Position numbers and translations under genes: made by a program. A stretch of DNA of 64,000 nt from Candidatus Micrarchaeota archaeon. GTDB taxonomy: Archaea; Micrarchaeota; Micrarchaeia; Micrarchaeales; CABMGC01. Position 1 is the stretch's first letter. Each line of letters starts with the position of its first letter. The notes beneath the pieces are model-generated. The model was given only the letters and a program-made list of their open reading frames with translations, did no database searches and was not told the DNA's origin. Below, piece after piece: positions 36,791-46,219 of the stretch. Where the stretch lies: positions 1,473-65,472 of the forward strand of contig JAJYJW010000001.1 in assembly GCA_021789155.1 (NCBI GenBank). Direction: 5' to 3'.

Positions 36791-37018
36791 ATGGAGAACC
36801 AAGTATTAAGCGAGGGCGAGTTGTACGACGTAAAGGTTGCTGCAAAGAACGCTAGCGGGGAAGGCATTGGTAAGATAGCTGATCTTGTTGTCTTCATTAA
36901 AAATGCCAAGACCAGAATAGGCAAGGAATACAAAGTAAAGATAACAAAGGTGTACAGAACATTCGCTTATGCGGAGCTTACTGGCACAAACGACGTTATG
37001 ATAGCAAACCTTTTATAA
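36791..37018 (+). CDS. small TRAM-domain protein
   Basis: GELYDVKVAAKNASGEGIGKIADLVVFIKNAKTRIGKEYKVKITKVYRTFAYAEL. ATG at 36791 preferred over TTG 36779. Confidence 0.75.
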   Translation: MENQVLSEGELYDVKVAAKNASGEGIGKIADLVVFIKNAKTRIGKEYKVKITKVYRTFAYAELTGTNDVMIANLL

Positions 37019-37109
37019 ATATAGGGACTATTTATAGCAAAAATAACGGCTTTTTCTTTTATTTTTAATTCTTATGCTTAAAGAATATACTTAAAGAAGC
37101 GTGGATAAA

Positions 37110-37766
37110 ATGAGCCAAAATCAAGACTATGGAACTTATAGGGAAATTGCAGCGAAGGCCATGCACGGCACTACCACTGTTGGCATATTATGTAGCGATG
37201 GAGTTGTGCTAGGCGCAGATTCAAGAGCAAGCATGGACACTTTTCTTGCGAGTCCGGAAGCTGTAAAGATAAACATGATAGATGAGAATCTCGGCATGAC
37301 TATAGCAGGATCTGTGGGTGACGCGCAGTATTTGGTGAAAATACTCAAAGCGCAGAATGAACTTTACAAGATGAACGAAGGAAGGAGCATGTCCCCGAAT
37401 GCAGCTACGTCGTTTCTATCAGTGCTGCTTCAGGAAAACAAGATGATGCCATTCATGGTTGGATTGATAGTTGGGGGCATGAGCGTAGACGGACCCGCAC
37501 TTTACTCGCTTGATGCAATAGGGGGCTTGATAAAAGAAAGCAAGTTCATATCTGTGGGAAGCGGACAGAGCGGGGCTCTTGGCTACCTTGAGGATGTTTA
37601 CAAAGAAGGAAAGACCGTGCAAGAAATGGCAAGGCACGCTGCCAAGGCGATAAAGATAGCTATGAAGAGGGACATAGCAACAGGAGACACAATACACATT
37701 GCCATGATAACAAAAGCAGGCTACAAAGAAGTTACGGCTGAACAGCTGGAATCTTCTTCAAAGTAA
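37110..37766 (+). CDS. psmB: proteasome subunit beta
   Basis: Propeptide ending ..AMHG|TTTVGILCSDGVVLGADSRAS (Thr1 context), GSGQSGALGYLE. Confidence 0.9.
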   Translation: MSQNQDYGTYREIAAKAMHGTTTVGILCSDGVVLGADSRASMDTFLASPEAVKINMIDENLGMTIAGSVGDAQYLVKILKAQNELYKMNEGRSMSPNAATSFLSVLLQENKMMPFMVGLIVGGMSVDGPALYSLDAIGGLIKESKFISVGSGQSGALGYLEDVYKEGKTVQEMARHAAKAIKIAMKRDIATGDTIHIAMITKAGYKEVTAEQLESSSK

Positions 37767-37777
37767 ATTTTTACTTC

Positions 37778-37807
37778 GCTGCGGTTTTGCGCCGCAGCGC
37801 GGTTTTA
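37778..37807 (+). terminator. hairpin plus T-tract after psmB
   Basis: GCTGCGG-(7 nt)-CCGCAGC at 37778-37798, followed by GCGGTTTTATGTT. Confidence 0.45.
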
Positions 37808-37850
37808 TGTTCTATCATATAATCGGAATCATCAACTTGAATGTGGTTTA

Positions 37851-39794
37851 TTGGAAACTAATGAAAGCAAAGAAGACATATTGACTACCATAAAGCGACT
37901 TATGCCCGAAGAGGTTAAGTTCGTTGAGGCTAGGTACGAAGGCCCTGATATTGCGGTGTACGTTGAGAACATACCTGCGATTTTCAACGACGATCATCTT
38001 ATAAGGAACATATCCGCGAACGTGAAGAAGAAGCTAGTTGTAAGGAGCGTCGAAGACAAATTAATGGACGAGGAAGAGGCAAGGAAGAGAATATTCGAAA
38101 TACTGCCGTCAGATGCGGGGGTCAATCCTGAAAACGTGCGTTTTGTCAAGGAATTCAGCGAGGTTTACATAGAGGCCGCAAAGCCCGGACTTGTCATAGG
38201 GAAGGAAGGTTCTACGCTCAAGAAGATAGTTATTGAAACAAGATGGGTGCCAAAGGTACTTAGGATCCCTACGATGAACAGCGACGTGATAAAAAGCGTG
38301 CGCATGATGGGCCTGGCGGAGAGCAGCTTCAGGAAGAAGTTTCTGATAAACGTCGGTAAAAGAATAAACAAACCCATAGCGAAGAGCGAGTGGATAAAGG
38401 CAACGGCATTGGGTGGTTTCAAGGAAGTGGGAAGAAGCAGCTTGCTGATAGAAACAAACCATTCGAAGATACTCATCGACTGCGGGTTGAGTCCGGAACC
38501 ATCCGTAAAAGGTCTGGACGCTAACGCGGGAAGCGACGAAAACAAGGCATTCCCGTATTTGGACAGCGCGAACATCACAATAAACGACCTTGATGCTGTA
38601 GTACTTACCCACGGCCACATGGACCACATGGGATTCATACCTTACCTGTTCAAATTCGGATATGAAGGACCTGTGTATTGCACGCCGCCTACGAAGGATC
38701 TTGCGGCCTTGCTTCTTTACGATTACATAAAACTAGTTCAGAGAAGCGGTGGCACCCCATTGTATGACGAAAAGGACGTAAAGAAGATGCTTTCGCACAT
38801 AATCACCAGAGACTACCATGAAGTTACGAATCTCACCAACGAGATAAAGCTTACGTTCCACAACGCTGGACACATACTGGGAAGTTCAACTGCGCATTTG
38901 CATATTGGAGAAGGCATGTACAACATCGTACACACTGGCGACATGAAATACGGCTTTACTAGATTGCTAGATCCTGCAGACGTTAAATATCCGAAGATTG
39001 ACGCGTTGTTCATAGAAAGCACTTACGGCGGACCTAACGACATAACGCAAAACAGGCAGCAAGCAGAATTGAATCTCATGGAAAACATAAAGAGGACCAT
39101 AGACAACAAAGGCAAGGTATTGATACCTTTGTTCGCAGTAGGAAGAAGCCAGGAACTTATGCTCGCGTTGGAAAGCTACATGACCAACAACCCAAAGTAC
39201 AAGTTTGATGTTCCAGTGTATCTCGATGGCATGATTCTCGAGGCAAGCGCGATCCATACTGCATATCCGGAATACTTGAAGAGCAGCCTGCAGCGCAGAA
39301 TATTAAGCAATGCGAGCCCATTCGAAAGCGAGATATTCGAGATTGCGAAGGGCGAGCGTTCTGAGATAGTTGAAAAGGGTCCTGCAATTATACTAGCAAG
39401 CGGAGGAATGCTGAATGGGGGGGCAAGCCTTGAATACTTCAAGGCGTTGGCAGCAGATCCGAAGAACACGTTGATGTTCGTAGGATATAACAGCGCTTCT
39501 TCAATGGGTAGAAGAATACAAAATGGAGTTAGGGAAGTTGCATTGCCTGGAGAAGACGGCAAGTTGGTTGATATGAAGATAGGCATGAATGCAATGACGA
39601 TAGAAGGTTTCTCCGGACACAGCGATCGCAGGCAATTAATGGATTTCGTTGAAAACCTGAAACCTACTCCACGCAAGATATTCACGATGCATGGAGAGGA
39701 AAGCAAGTGCGAGGACCTTGCAAGAAGCTTGGGCAACAGACTTCACGTAGAATCCAGATCCCCAATGGATCTTGACACCATCAGATTCAAGTAA
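37851..39794 (+). CDS. aCPSF1-type KH / metallo-beta-lactamase / beta-CASP ribonuclease
   Basis: N-terminal KH-like region (VIGKEGSTLKKI), HxHxDH as VLTHGHMDHMG, beta-CASP region, C-terminal GFSGHSDRRQL..MHGE. Confidence 0.9.
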   Translation: METNESKEDILTTIKRLMPEEVKFVEARYEGPDIAVYVENIPAIFNDDHLIRNISANVKKKLVVRSVEDKLMDEEEARKRIFEILPSDAGVNPENVRFVKEFSEVYIEAAKPGLVIGKEGSTLKKIVIETRWVPKVLRIPTMNSDVIKSVRMMGLAESSFRKKFLINVGKRINKPIAKSEWIKATALGGFKEVGRSSLLIETNHSKILIDCGLSPEPSVKGLDANAGSDENKAFPYLDSANITINDLDAVVLTHGHMDHMGFIPYLFKFGYEGPVYCTPPTKDLAALLLYDYIKLVQRSGGTPLYDEKDVKKMLSHIITRDYHEVTNLTNEIKLTFHNAGHILGSSTAHLHIGEGMYNIVHTGDMKYGFTRLLDPADVKYPKIDALFIESTYGGPNDITQNRQQAELNLMENIKRTIDNKGKVLIPLFAVGRSQELMLALESYMTNNPKYKFDVPVYLDGMILEASAIHTAYPEYLKSSLQRRILSNASPFESEIFEIAKGERSEIVEKGPAIILASGGMLNGGASLEYFKALAADPKNTLMFVGYNSASSMGRRIQNGVREVALPGEDGKLVDMKIGMNAMTIEGFSGHSDRRQLMDFVENLKPTPRKIFTMHGEESKCEDLARSLGNRLHVESRSPMDLDTIRFK

Positions 39795-40679
39795 TCATGG
39801 CGCAGAATACGTGCTTGCCCATTCGCTTGTAAAGGTTACCGCAGACGAAACTCCATTGTTGCCATTTCCAGAGTAATCTTTCGTGTCGCCGTTGAGGGGC
39901 CACCAGCCAACGAGGTTGTTGAGCTGCACAGGCGCGCCGCCTATTCCCTCATTGTACAACGCCACTATCTCATTCGCAGATAATGATGAATTGTATATCT
40001 GAAAGTTCGAATAAAGCCCGCTCCAAGAGAAATCGCCATACGCACCTATGGTCAGCGCCGTGCCGATTTGGTATCCAAGAGGGAGATATGTCCCATAGTT
40101 GTATTGGCAAATCTGCTTCCCGTTATCATATGTTGTTACCGCAAAACCATTGTACGTAACTGCGACGTTGTGCCAACTGCCATCGCTAACCGAATGCGAA
40201 TTGTCGCATGCGTTACGGAGGGTTTTGCTTGTCCACGAATAGAAATATGGGTTCCCTCCAGAATCCGTACCGAACCATATTCCATTGTTGCTGTAGCTTT
40301 GCTTCTGCATGAATTCTTTCCAATTTTTTGTCGTTGATTCTAACCACACCGAAATTGTAATCTGCGTAGGACCAAGCATTGATTTGTCAGGCACATTTGC
40401 ATAGGAAGCTGCGCCTTGCTGCCTCCATACATATTGTGGCAATTCGCCATTGCATATGCCCTGCAAGTTTATGAATGAAGTCGTGCCTGGGCCGTTTGGC
40501 CTGAATACGTGGCATGCGCCAGGAGGTGCCTTTGGAGTAAACGTCGAGGCGTTGAAGATTCCAAGCTGGAACAAGGCACCCAATACGACCGCAATGATGA
40601 GTATCGCCCACCCGTAGGTCATGAGGTATTCCATCGCGCTTTGGAGTCTAGAGTTAATGCCAGTCTTCCTTTCAAACAT
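39795..40679 (-). CDS. type IV pilin-like LamG-domain protein, paralog 4 (dispersed copy)
   Basis: MFERKTGINSRLQSAMEYLMTYGWAILII...; SWHNVAVTYNGFAVTTYDNG; NFQIYNSSLSANEIVALY; tail LVGWWPLNGDTKDYSGNGNNG. ATG shares one base with the upstream ALDH stop (TGATG). Confidence 0.75.
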   Translation of the reverse strand: MFERKTGINSRLQSAMEYLMTYGWAILIIAVVLGALFQLGIFNASTFTPKAPPGACHVFRPNGPGTTSFINLQGICNGELPQYVWRQQGAASYANVPDKSMLGPTQITISVWLESTTKNWKEFMQKQSYSNNGIWFGTDSGGNPYFYSWTSKTLRNACDNSHSVSDGSWHNVAVTYNGFAVTTYDNGKQICQYNYGTYLPLGYQIGTALTIGAYGDFSWSGLYSNFQIYNSSLSANEIVALYNEGIGGAPVQLNNLVGWWPLNGDTKDYSGNGNNGVSSAVTFTSEWASTYSAP

Positions 40680-42295
40680 CACTTCACATTCGCTATGCTT
40701 TGTTCCCTCATGAATTGCTGCAGGTAGAACCTGCTTCCTGTTCCTTTCCCAGTAAGTCCACTGCCTTTCCATCCCACAAAGGTGTGAAGGCCAACCATTG
40801 CGCCAGTAGTGGCACTCGTTTGCCTGTTTATGTATACTACGCCCGCTTGGATTCTATCCTTGAAGTATTTTATCTCGCTGTTCTTAATGCTGTAAAAACC
40901 CGCAGTCAATCCGTAATCGACATCGTTTGCCTTTTCCAGCGCTTCTTCCATGCTCTTGAACGAGTCTACAACCAGTATCGGCACGAAGAGTTCCTCGTGG
41001 AACAGCTTGTTGTCATGCGGCAACTCGACTATGGTGGGTTCTACGTATAATCCTTTCCCGTCGTTAACCACATTACCCCCATGTATTACTCTGCCGGAAC
41101 GATGCGCCTCTTCCATTGCCCATTTGAATTTCTCAAGTGCTTTTGCACTTATCAGAGGGCCGACATAGTTTCTCTTTTCCAAAGGGTTTCCTATGTTAAA
41201 ACCTCTTACCTTGTCTACTAACTTGCTCACGAACTGCTCCTTTACCGAATTATGCACGTACAGTCTCGAACATGCACTGCACTTCTGTCCTGCAAATCCG
41301 AATGCTGCGCTTGCAACACCATCAACAGCATTGTCTAAGTCTGCGTATTTTGAAACGATCGCGGGATTCTTGCCCCCCATTTCGACGACGAAAACTTTTT
41401 GGTGGTTTTGGACCAGAGATTTTGCCACCATGCCCATGCCCGTTGTGCGCGATCCGGTAAATGCTATCCCTGAAACCAAGGGGCTCGTGACCAATTCGTC
41501 CCCCACTTCGGAACCAGGTCCGGTCACGATGTTGAAAACCCCCTCCGGAATTCCTGCTTCCTTGAATATTTCGTATATTTTTACCCCGGTAAGCATAGTC
41601 ATGTTATCTGTTGATGACGGTTTGAATACCACAGTATTGCCGGTTATCAGAGCGCCGGTGCTCATTCCCACAGATATAGATATTGGAAAATTGAACGGCG
41701 CTATAACTCCGAAAACTCCATAAGGCATCATTCTTATCTCGACTTTTTCGGTGTTTCCCGGAGCCCCTTGAAAGCCTGCATTTACTTTGCTTGTGCTGCC
41801 CAAGGATGCTGCCTTCCTAAGATAGCCTTTGTTCCTCTCCAGGTCATCTGCATAATAGCGCAAGAAATCTATAGCTTCGTCAACTTCCCCTATCGACTCG
41901 TACCTCGTCTTTCCGTTCTCTATGCTTAATATCGCAGCTATCGTGAATTTCTCTCTAGCGAAAATGTCTGCAGCATTGCGCATTATCTTGGCTTTCTCCT
42001 TGTAACCTGTAGAACTCCATGAGAGAAATGCCGCCTTTGCCGCGTTTATCGCAGACGTTGCGTGCTCTCTTGTGCCCTTTTGGAACTTGCCGATTAGCAG
42101 GTTTTTGTCTATCGGTGAATATTCTTCTATGAGATCTACTGCATGGACCTCTTTCCCTGCGATATACATGGGGAATGTTGCGCCGAGAATTCCGGATTTT
42201 ACGTTTGCCACTGCATTGTCGAATAGTTTATCGAATTCTTCTTCCCTGTTCTGTTCAACGAATTTTTTAAAAGTAGACTCGTTAGCGAATATCAT
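40679..42295 (-). CDS. aldehyde dehydrogenase (1-pyrroline-5-carboxylate dehydrogenase-like)
   Basis: FTGSRTTG, VVEMGGKNPAIV, FGFAGQKCSACSR (catalytic Glu/Cys contexts); 538 aa. Confidence 0.85.
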   Translation of the reverse strand: MIFANESTFKKFVEQNREEEFDKLFDNAVANVKSGILGATFPMYIAGKEVHAVDLIEEYSPIDKNLLIGKFQKGTREHATSAINAAKAAFLSWSSTGYKEKAKIMRNAADIFAREKFTIAAILSIENGKTRYESIGEVDEAIDFLRYYADDLERNKGYLRKAASLGSTSKVNAGFQGAPGNTEKVEIRMMPYGVFGVIAPFNFPISISVGMSTGALITGNTVVFKPSSTDNMTMLTGVKIYEIFKEAGIPEGVFNIVTGPGSEVGDELVTSPLVSGIAFTGSRTTGMGMVAKSLVQNHQKVFVVEMGGKNPAIVSKYADLDNAVDGVASAAFGFAGQKCSACSRLYVHNSVKEQFVSKLVDKVRGFNIGNPLEKRNYVGPLISAKALEKFKWAMEEAHRSGRVIHGGNVVNDGKGLYVEPTIVELPHDNKLFHEELFVPILVVDSFKSMEEALEKANDVDYGLTAGFYSIKNSEIKYFKDRIQAGVVYINRQTSATTGAMVGLHTFVGWKGSGLTGKGTGSRFYLQQFMREQSIANVK

Positions 42296-42420
42296 TCATA
42301 CACCCATCAGACTTGCTCAATTAAACTTATTAAGTTTAAGGCGTTGATGCAGCAACATTGGCGCATGCATAGGTTTATATCCTTTAGAACAGGATAATTA
42401 GCATTCCTACGGTGTAAATA

Positions 42421-43884
42421 ATGCATAAAGTACTTGAGCAGATACTTGATTCTATACCTGCGATAAAAAAGCCTGCAACCCCGCTCACGCTTAAGGAGAA
42501 GCTACGATGGACTGCAATAATAATGGGCATTTATTTCATATTATTCAGCACGCCCGCAGTAGGCACGAACAGCGCGGTGCTGAACCAGCCTTCCATACAA
42601 TTGATCAGCATAATATTCGCAGCTAGAATTGGAAGCTTGATTACGGTAGGTATAGGGCCCATAGTATTAGCAGGCATAATAATTCAGATGCTTGACGGAT
42701 CTGGAATCATAAAGATAGATAAAAACGACATGAAACAGAAGAGCGAGTTCCAGGCGATACAGAAGTTTGCAGCAATAGTGATAGCAGTAGTCGAATCTTA
42801 CATATTTACTGCTACGGGCTATGTCCCAATAATATCGAACAGCGCGTTTATGCTTGTGGCAGTGCAACTTGCCGCGGGGGCGATATGCGTCATCTATCTA
42901 GATGAGGCAATGACAAAGTATGGAATAACCTCGGGATTGAACCTGTTCATAGCTGGGGGGGTTGCCTATTCGATAGTGGGGGGAACGATCCAAATAATAA
43001 TTCCTGAAGCAGTTAGCGCGATATCTGGCGGTGGAGCATCGGCAATACCAAACGCCATGCTTGCATTTGGGCCTCTGCTGTTCTCGTTGCTGGTGTTCAT
43101 GGTATGCATATATGCATATGACGTGAAAGTCGAATTGCCATTGGTATTCAGCCAGTTCAGAGGGGTCGGAGGAAGACTTCCGATTCCTTTGCTTTATACC
43201 AGCGTTCTGCCAGTCATACTTGCAACATCCTTTGAATTCAGCCTTCAGGTATGGCTTAGGTTCCTTGCCGGAGTAACGGGAAGCTTCGCAGGATTGGCAA
43301 AGTTCATTGCGTTATACCAGCCTGTTGGAAGCGGAGCGCAATCTACGCTTACGCTAGTTGGCGGACTCCTTTACTTGATCTCTCCGCAATTCCAGCTGCC
43401 TTATGCCGCACCTTATGGCATAGGGGGTTATACTGCTTACACCCAATATCTTTCAACGCATTCTACGCAGTTGTATTTGCCAACTGGGGGGTTGGTCATG
43501 GTACCTGAATGGATACATATAGTGGTTTACGTAGTGTCGATGGTGGCGCTCTGCATAGTATTTGGAATATTCTGGATAGACATGACTGGACAGAGTCCAA
43601 AGCACGTTGCCGAGCAACTGCAGGATGTTGGCTGGCAAATCCCTGGGTTCAGACGAGATCCGAGAATTGTGGAAAGCGTACTCAACAAATACATACCTAC
43701 GATAGCAGTTCTTGGAAGCGCATTCGTTGGGCTTCTTGCTGCGTTGGCTACGCTTACAGGGGCCATAGGCACAGGAGTTGGAATACTCCTTGAAGTGGGT
43801 ATCATGTACATGGTGTACCAGCAACTTGAAAACGAAAACCTGTTGGGTTCATACCCTCAACTTGACAAGATGCTTTCAGGTTGA
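42421..43884 (+). CDS. secY: preprotein translocase subunit SecY
   Basis: LKEKLRWTAIIMGIYFILFSTP, GIGPIVLAGIIIQML, 10-TM layout; 487 aa. Confidence 0.9.
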   Translation: MHKVLEQILDSIPAIKKPATPLTLKEKLRWTAIIMGIYFILFSTPAVGTNSAVLNQPSIQLISIIFAARIGSLITVGIGPIVLAGIIIQMLDGSGIIKIDKNDMKQKSEFQAIQKFAAIVIAVVESYIFTATGYVPIISNSAFMLVAVQLAAGAICVIYLDEAMTKYGITSGLNLFIAGGVAYSIVGGTIQIIIPEAVSAISGGGASAIPNAMLAFGPLLFSLLVFMVCIYAYDVKVELPLVFSQFRGVGGRLPIPLLYTSVLPVILATSFEFSLQVWLRFLAGVTGSFAGLAKFIALYQPVGSGAQSTLTLVGGLLYLISPQFQLPYAAPYGIGGYTAYTQYLSTHSTQLYLPTGGLVMVPEWIHIVVYVVSMVALCIVFGIFWIDMTGQSPKHVAEQLQDVGWQIPGFRRDPRIVESVLNKYIPTIAVLGSAFVGLLAALATLTGAIGTGVGILLEVGIMYMVYQQLENENLLGSYPQLDKMLSG

Positions 43885-43929
43885 ACGCACAATGAATAAT
43901 AATGTTGACGCAAAATAACTGGTGATATT

Positions 43930-44448
43930 ATGAACATGAATACGCAAACGAAGGATTTCCCAGATACTTTTTGGACTTACATAGAAATCAGTTCGGGAGG
44001 CTCTGAAAAATACGAGTTTGACGAGGAGCTACAGGGAGTGAAATTGGACAGACTTCTGTTCACCTCTATGAGATATCCAGCAAACTATGGGTTTGCCATG
44101 GGCACTTTAGGCAAGGATGGAGACGCCCTCGATGTGCTGGTTTATTCTGCACCTATAGCCAACGGAGTTGCAGTTAAATGCAAGCCGATAGGCGTTCTCG
44201 AAATGACAGATGAGGAAGGACCAGACAGTAAAATAATCGCAGTGCCTATTGAAAAGATAGACCCTGCAGCGCAAAGCGTAAACGACATAAACGATTTGCC
44301 GCAATATGCGAAGGACAAGCTCAAACATTTCTTCGAGCATATGAAAGAACTTGAAAAGGGGAAGTTCGTGAGAGTGGATGGCTTCTCGGATAAAAACAAG
44401 GCAATGGCATTGCTTAAGGAAAGCAGAGAAGCAAAGGCAAAGGAGTAA
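43930..44448 (+). CDS. ppa: inorganic pyrophosphatase (family I)
   Basis: IEISSGGSEKYEFD, YPANYGF, DGDALDVLV, DEEGPDSKIIAVP. Confidence 0.9.
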   Translation: MNMNTQTKDFPDTFWTYIEISSGGSEKYEFDEELQGVKLDRLLFTSMRYPANYGFAMGTLGKDGDALDVLVYSAPIANGVAVKCKPIGVLEMTDEEGPDSKIIAVPIEKIDPAAQSVNDINDLPQYAKDKLKHFFEHMKELEKGKFVRVDGFSDKNKAMALLKESREAKAKE

Positions 44449-44581
44449 TTGCTTCTTTGCCTTTTCACGATGTACATTTCAAATCGCAAGCTTGAATTTT
44501 TTGTTTTAATTGCATATTCCTTCTGTTAGCGAGGTGTTTCCGAATGGAAATTCCGGGATTTGGGCGAGAACCGATTAAAGA

Positions 44582-45325
44582 TCAGTTCTCCATGTAAGGC
44601 GCTATGAAGTATGTTATTACTGCTTCACCTATACCATAGCTTACCCTAAGTGGCTCGTTGGTCTTCAAGGATACGTGTATGCTGCTTCCTACCGGGCATG
44701 CTTTTACCATCTTGTCTAGGTATTCAAGATTGAACACCGCGCTTGATTCTGCAGATGTTTCGAGTTTCTTTATTATGCTTCCGTCGTTTTCGTGACTTTC
44801 TTCCAATTCCCCTGAATCTCCCTTCGCGCTTATAGTGAATTGCTCTTTCGACGCCTTGAAGGATATGTAAGAGGAGATTTGGTTTGCGTCTTTTATTATG
44901 TCCTTCAAAGGTTCTCCGGTGACGTCTACTAAGGCATCAAATGAAACGTTTGGTTCCTTGTCGACTCCCTTTCTCACATCTATTATTGGCAGCTTGTATC
45001 TTCTCCTGCTGCTCTTCCCTATGAATTCTAAAAGTAGCTTGCCTTCACCCTCTTTCATTACTAGAGCCTCGTTATCCCTTGTTCTCGAGAGGACCTTGCC
45101 AAGGCTATCTAGGTTCAACCCTACTGAAACGTCCTTTTCAACGTTGAACTTTGCAAACGCTTTGCTAGGTATTGAAAAAGAAACCATGCTTATCCCAGAA
45201 GGGTCCATGGCCTTCAGGGTTATCCCCTCTTTTGTTATATTGAACGCTCCTTCGTCAACAAGATTGACTATTGCGTCAACGCAGTCCCTCCAGTATTTTG
45301 CGTTATCGGTCTTTATTTCAAACAT
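44582..45325 (-). CDS. pcn: DNA polymerase sliding clamp PCNA
   Basis: MFEIKTDNAKYWRDCVDAIVNLVDEGAFNITKEGITLKAMDPSGISMVSFSI. 247 aa from ATG 45325. Confidence 0.85.
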   Translation of the reverse strand: MFEIKTDNAKYWRDCVDAIVNLVDEGAFNITKEGITLKAMDPSGISMVSFSIPSKAFAKFNVEKDVSVGLNLDSLGKVLSRTRDNEALVMKEGEGKLLLEFIGKSSRRRYKLPIIDVRKGVDKEPNVSFDALVDVTGEPLKDIIKDANQISSYISFKASKEQFTISAKGDSGELEESHENDGSIIKKLETSAESSAVFNLEYLDKMVKACPVGSSIHVSLKTNEPLRVSYGIGEAVITYFIAPYMEN

Positions 45326-45368
45326 AACATCACACAGATTATAGATTGACACAAATAATACTAAAATC

Positions 45369-45623
45369 CTACCTCTTAGCTAACAAGTATAACAATATCG
45401 CCAATAACGTGAGAATTAGCGCCAGCACTTCGGCGAAAACCAACGAGTTGTTATCGCTTCCGAATACCAATGGAATAGGTCCTATGAGCACCACCCCACC
45501 AACACTCGCATTTTCGACGTTTGAGTTTGGGTGATGCGCAATATTGAGAACCGAGTAAGCAAACAACGCCAATACGCCTAATGCGAGCAACGCGAATGCG
45601 ACGTATATTATGTATTCGTACAT
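45369..45623 (-). CDS. small membrane protein (DUF131/TIGR00304-like)
   Basis: Two TM helices flank GGVVLIGPIPLVFGSD. Start is ATG 45623 or 45647. Confidence 0.6.
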   Translation of the reverse strand: MYEYIIYVAFALLALGVLALFAYSVLNIAHHPNSNVENASVGGVVLIGPIPLVFGSDNNSLVFAEVLALILTLLAILLYLLAKR

Positions 45624-45658
45624 CAATTTCTTTTGGAAGCATTTCAATATATACGCAT

Positions 45659-45724
45659 CAGTGCGGCCTAAACCGCACTGGTTCTTGGAAACGCGATATT
45701 TCTATCGCGACCCGTGTTTGCGGG
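45659..45724. other. three consecutive stem-loops in an intergenic region (candidate small RNA or regulatory leader)
   Basis: CAGTGCGG-6nt-CCGCACTG (45659-45680); CGCGATA-4nt-TATCGCG (45692-45709); CCCG-6nt-CGGG (45711-45724). Confidence 0.3.
45674..45688 (+). repeat. 15-nt direct repeat, copy 1 (CGCACTGGTTCTTGG)
   Basis: Perfect match to 45862-45876; overlaps the 3' arm of the first stem-loop. Confidence 0.6.
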
Positions 45725-45861
45725 CAATATTATTTTGCTACTTAATAATATAAACTTATACTTTTATGGAAAATATTTAGTAAGATATAAATACTTGTAT
45801 TTTGATATACTTCTTGCAGAGAGCGTTTGCCTACGCTATAGAAGCGGCATGCGACTTGAAG

Positions 45862-45876
45862 CGCACTGGTTCTTGG
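45862..45876 (+). repeat. 15-nt direct repeat, copy 2 (CGCACTGGTTCTTGG)
   Basis: Perfect match to 45674-45688; ends 8 nt before ATG 45884. Confidence 0.6.
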
Positions 45877-45883
45877 TGAGAGT

Positions 45884-46159
45884 ATGGAAAAAGCGAATAG
45901 CATAGAGGATAGGATGCAGAAATTTTCGGATTTAGTGACGAACAGGGTAGTGAAGGTATGCCCCGAATGCAGCAAGAATTGCGCATGTGATGTGGTAGCG
46001 CTAATTAGGGCTGCAATGCAGTTAGTAAAACGATGCACCATTGCCGAATTGGAAGGAAAGCACGAACGTTACGTGCTTGAAGCTGTAGTTAGCGATACAT
46101 CCGTAAGATGGACATATCGCGAGCTGTCGGGTGATAATTGGAGCATCGAAAACCAGTAA
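45884..46159 (+). CDS. hypothetical small Cys-containing protein (91 aa)
   Basis: ORF with CPECSKNCAC. No family recognised. Confidence 0.4.
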   Translation: MEKANSIEDRMQKFSDLVTNRVVKVCPECSKNCACDVVALIRAAMQLVKRCTIAELEGKHERYVLEAVVSDTSVRWTYRELSGDNWSIENQ

Positions 46160-46219
46160 TGAATGAGGCGCACCTTCCGCCTCGCAAAGAAATAATAATG
46201 TTGCAATGGAAGTAGAATC

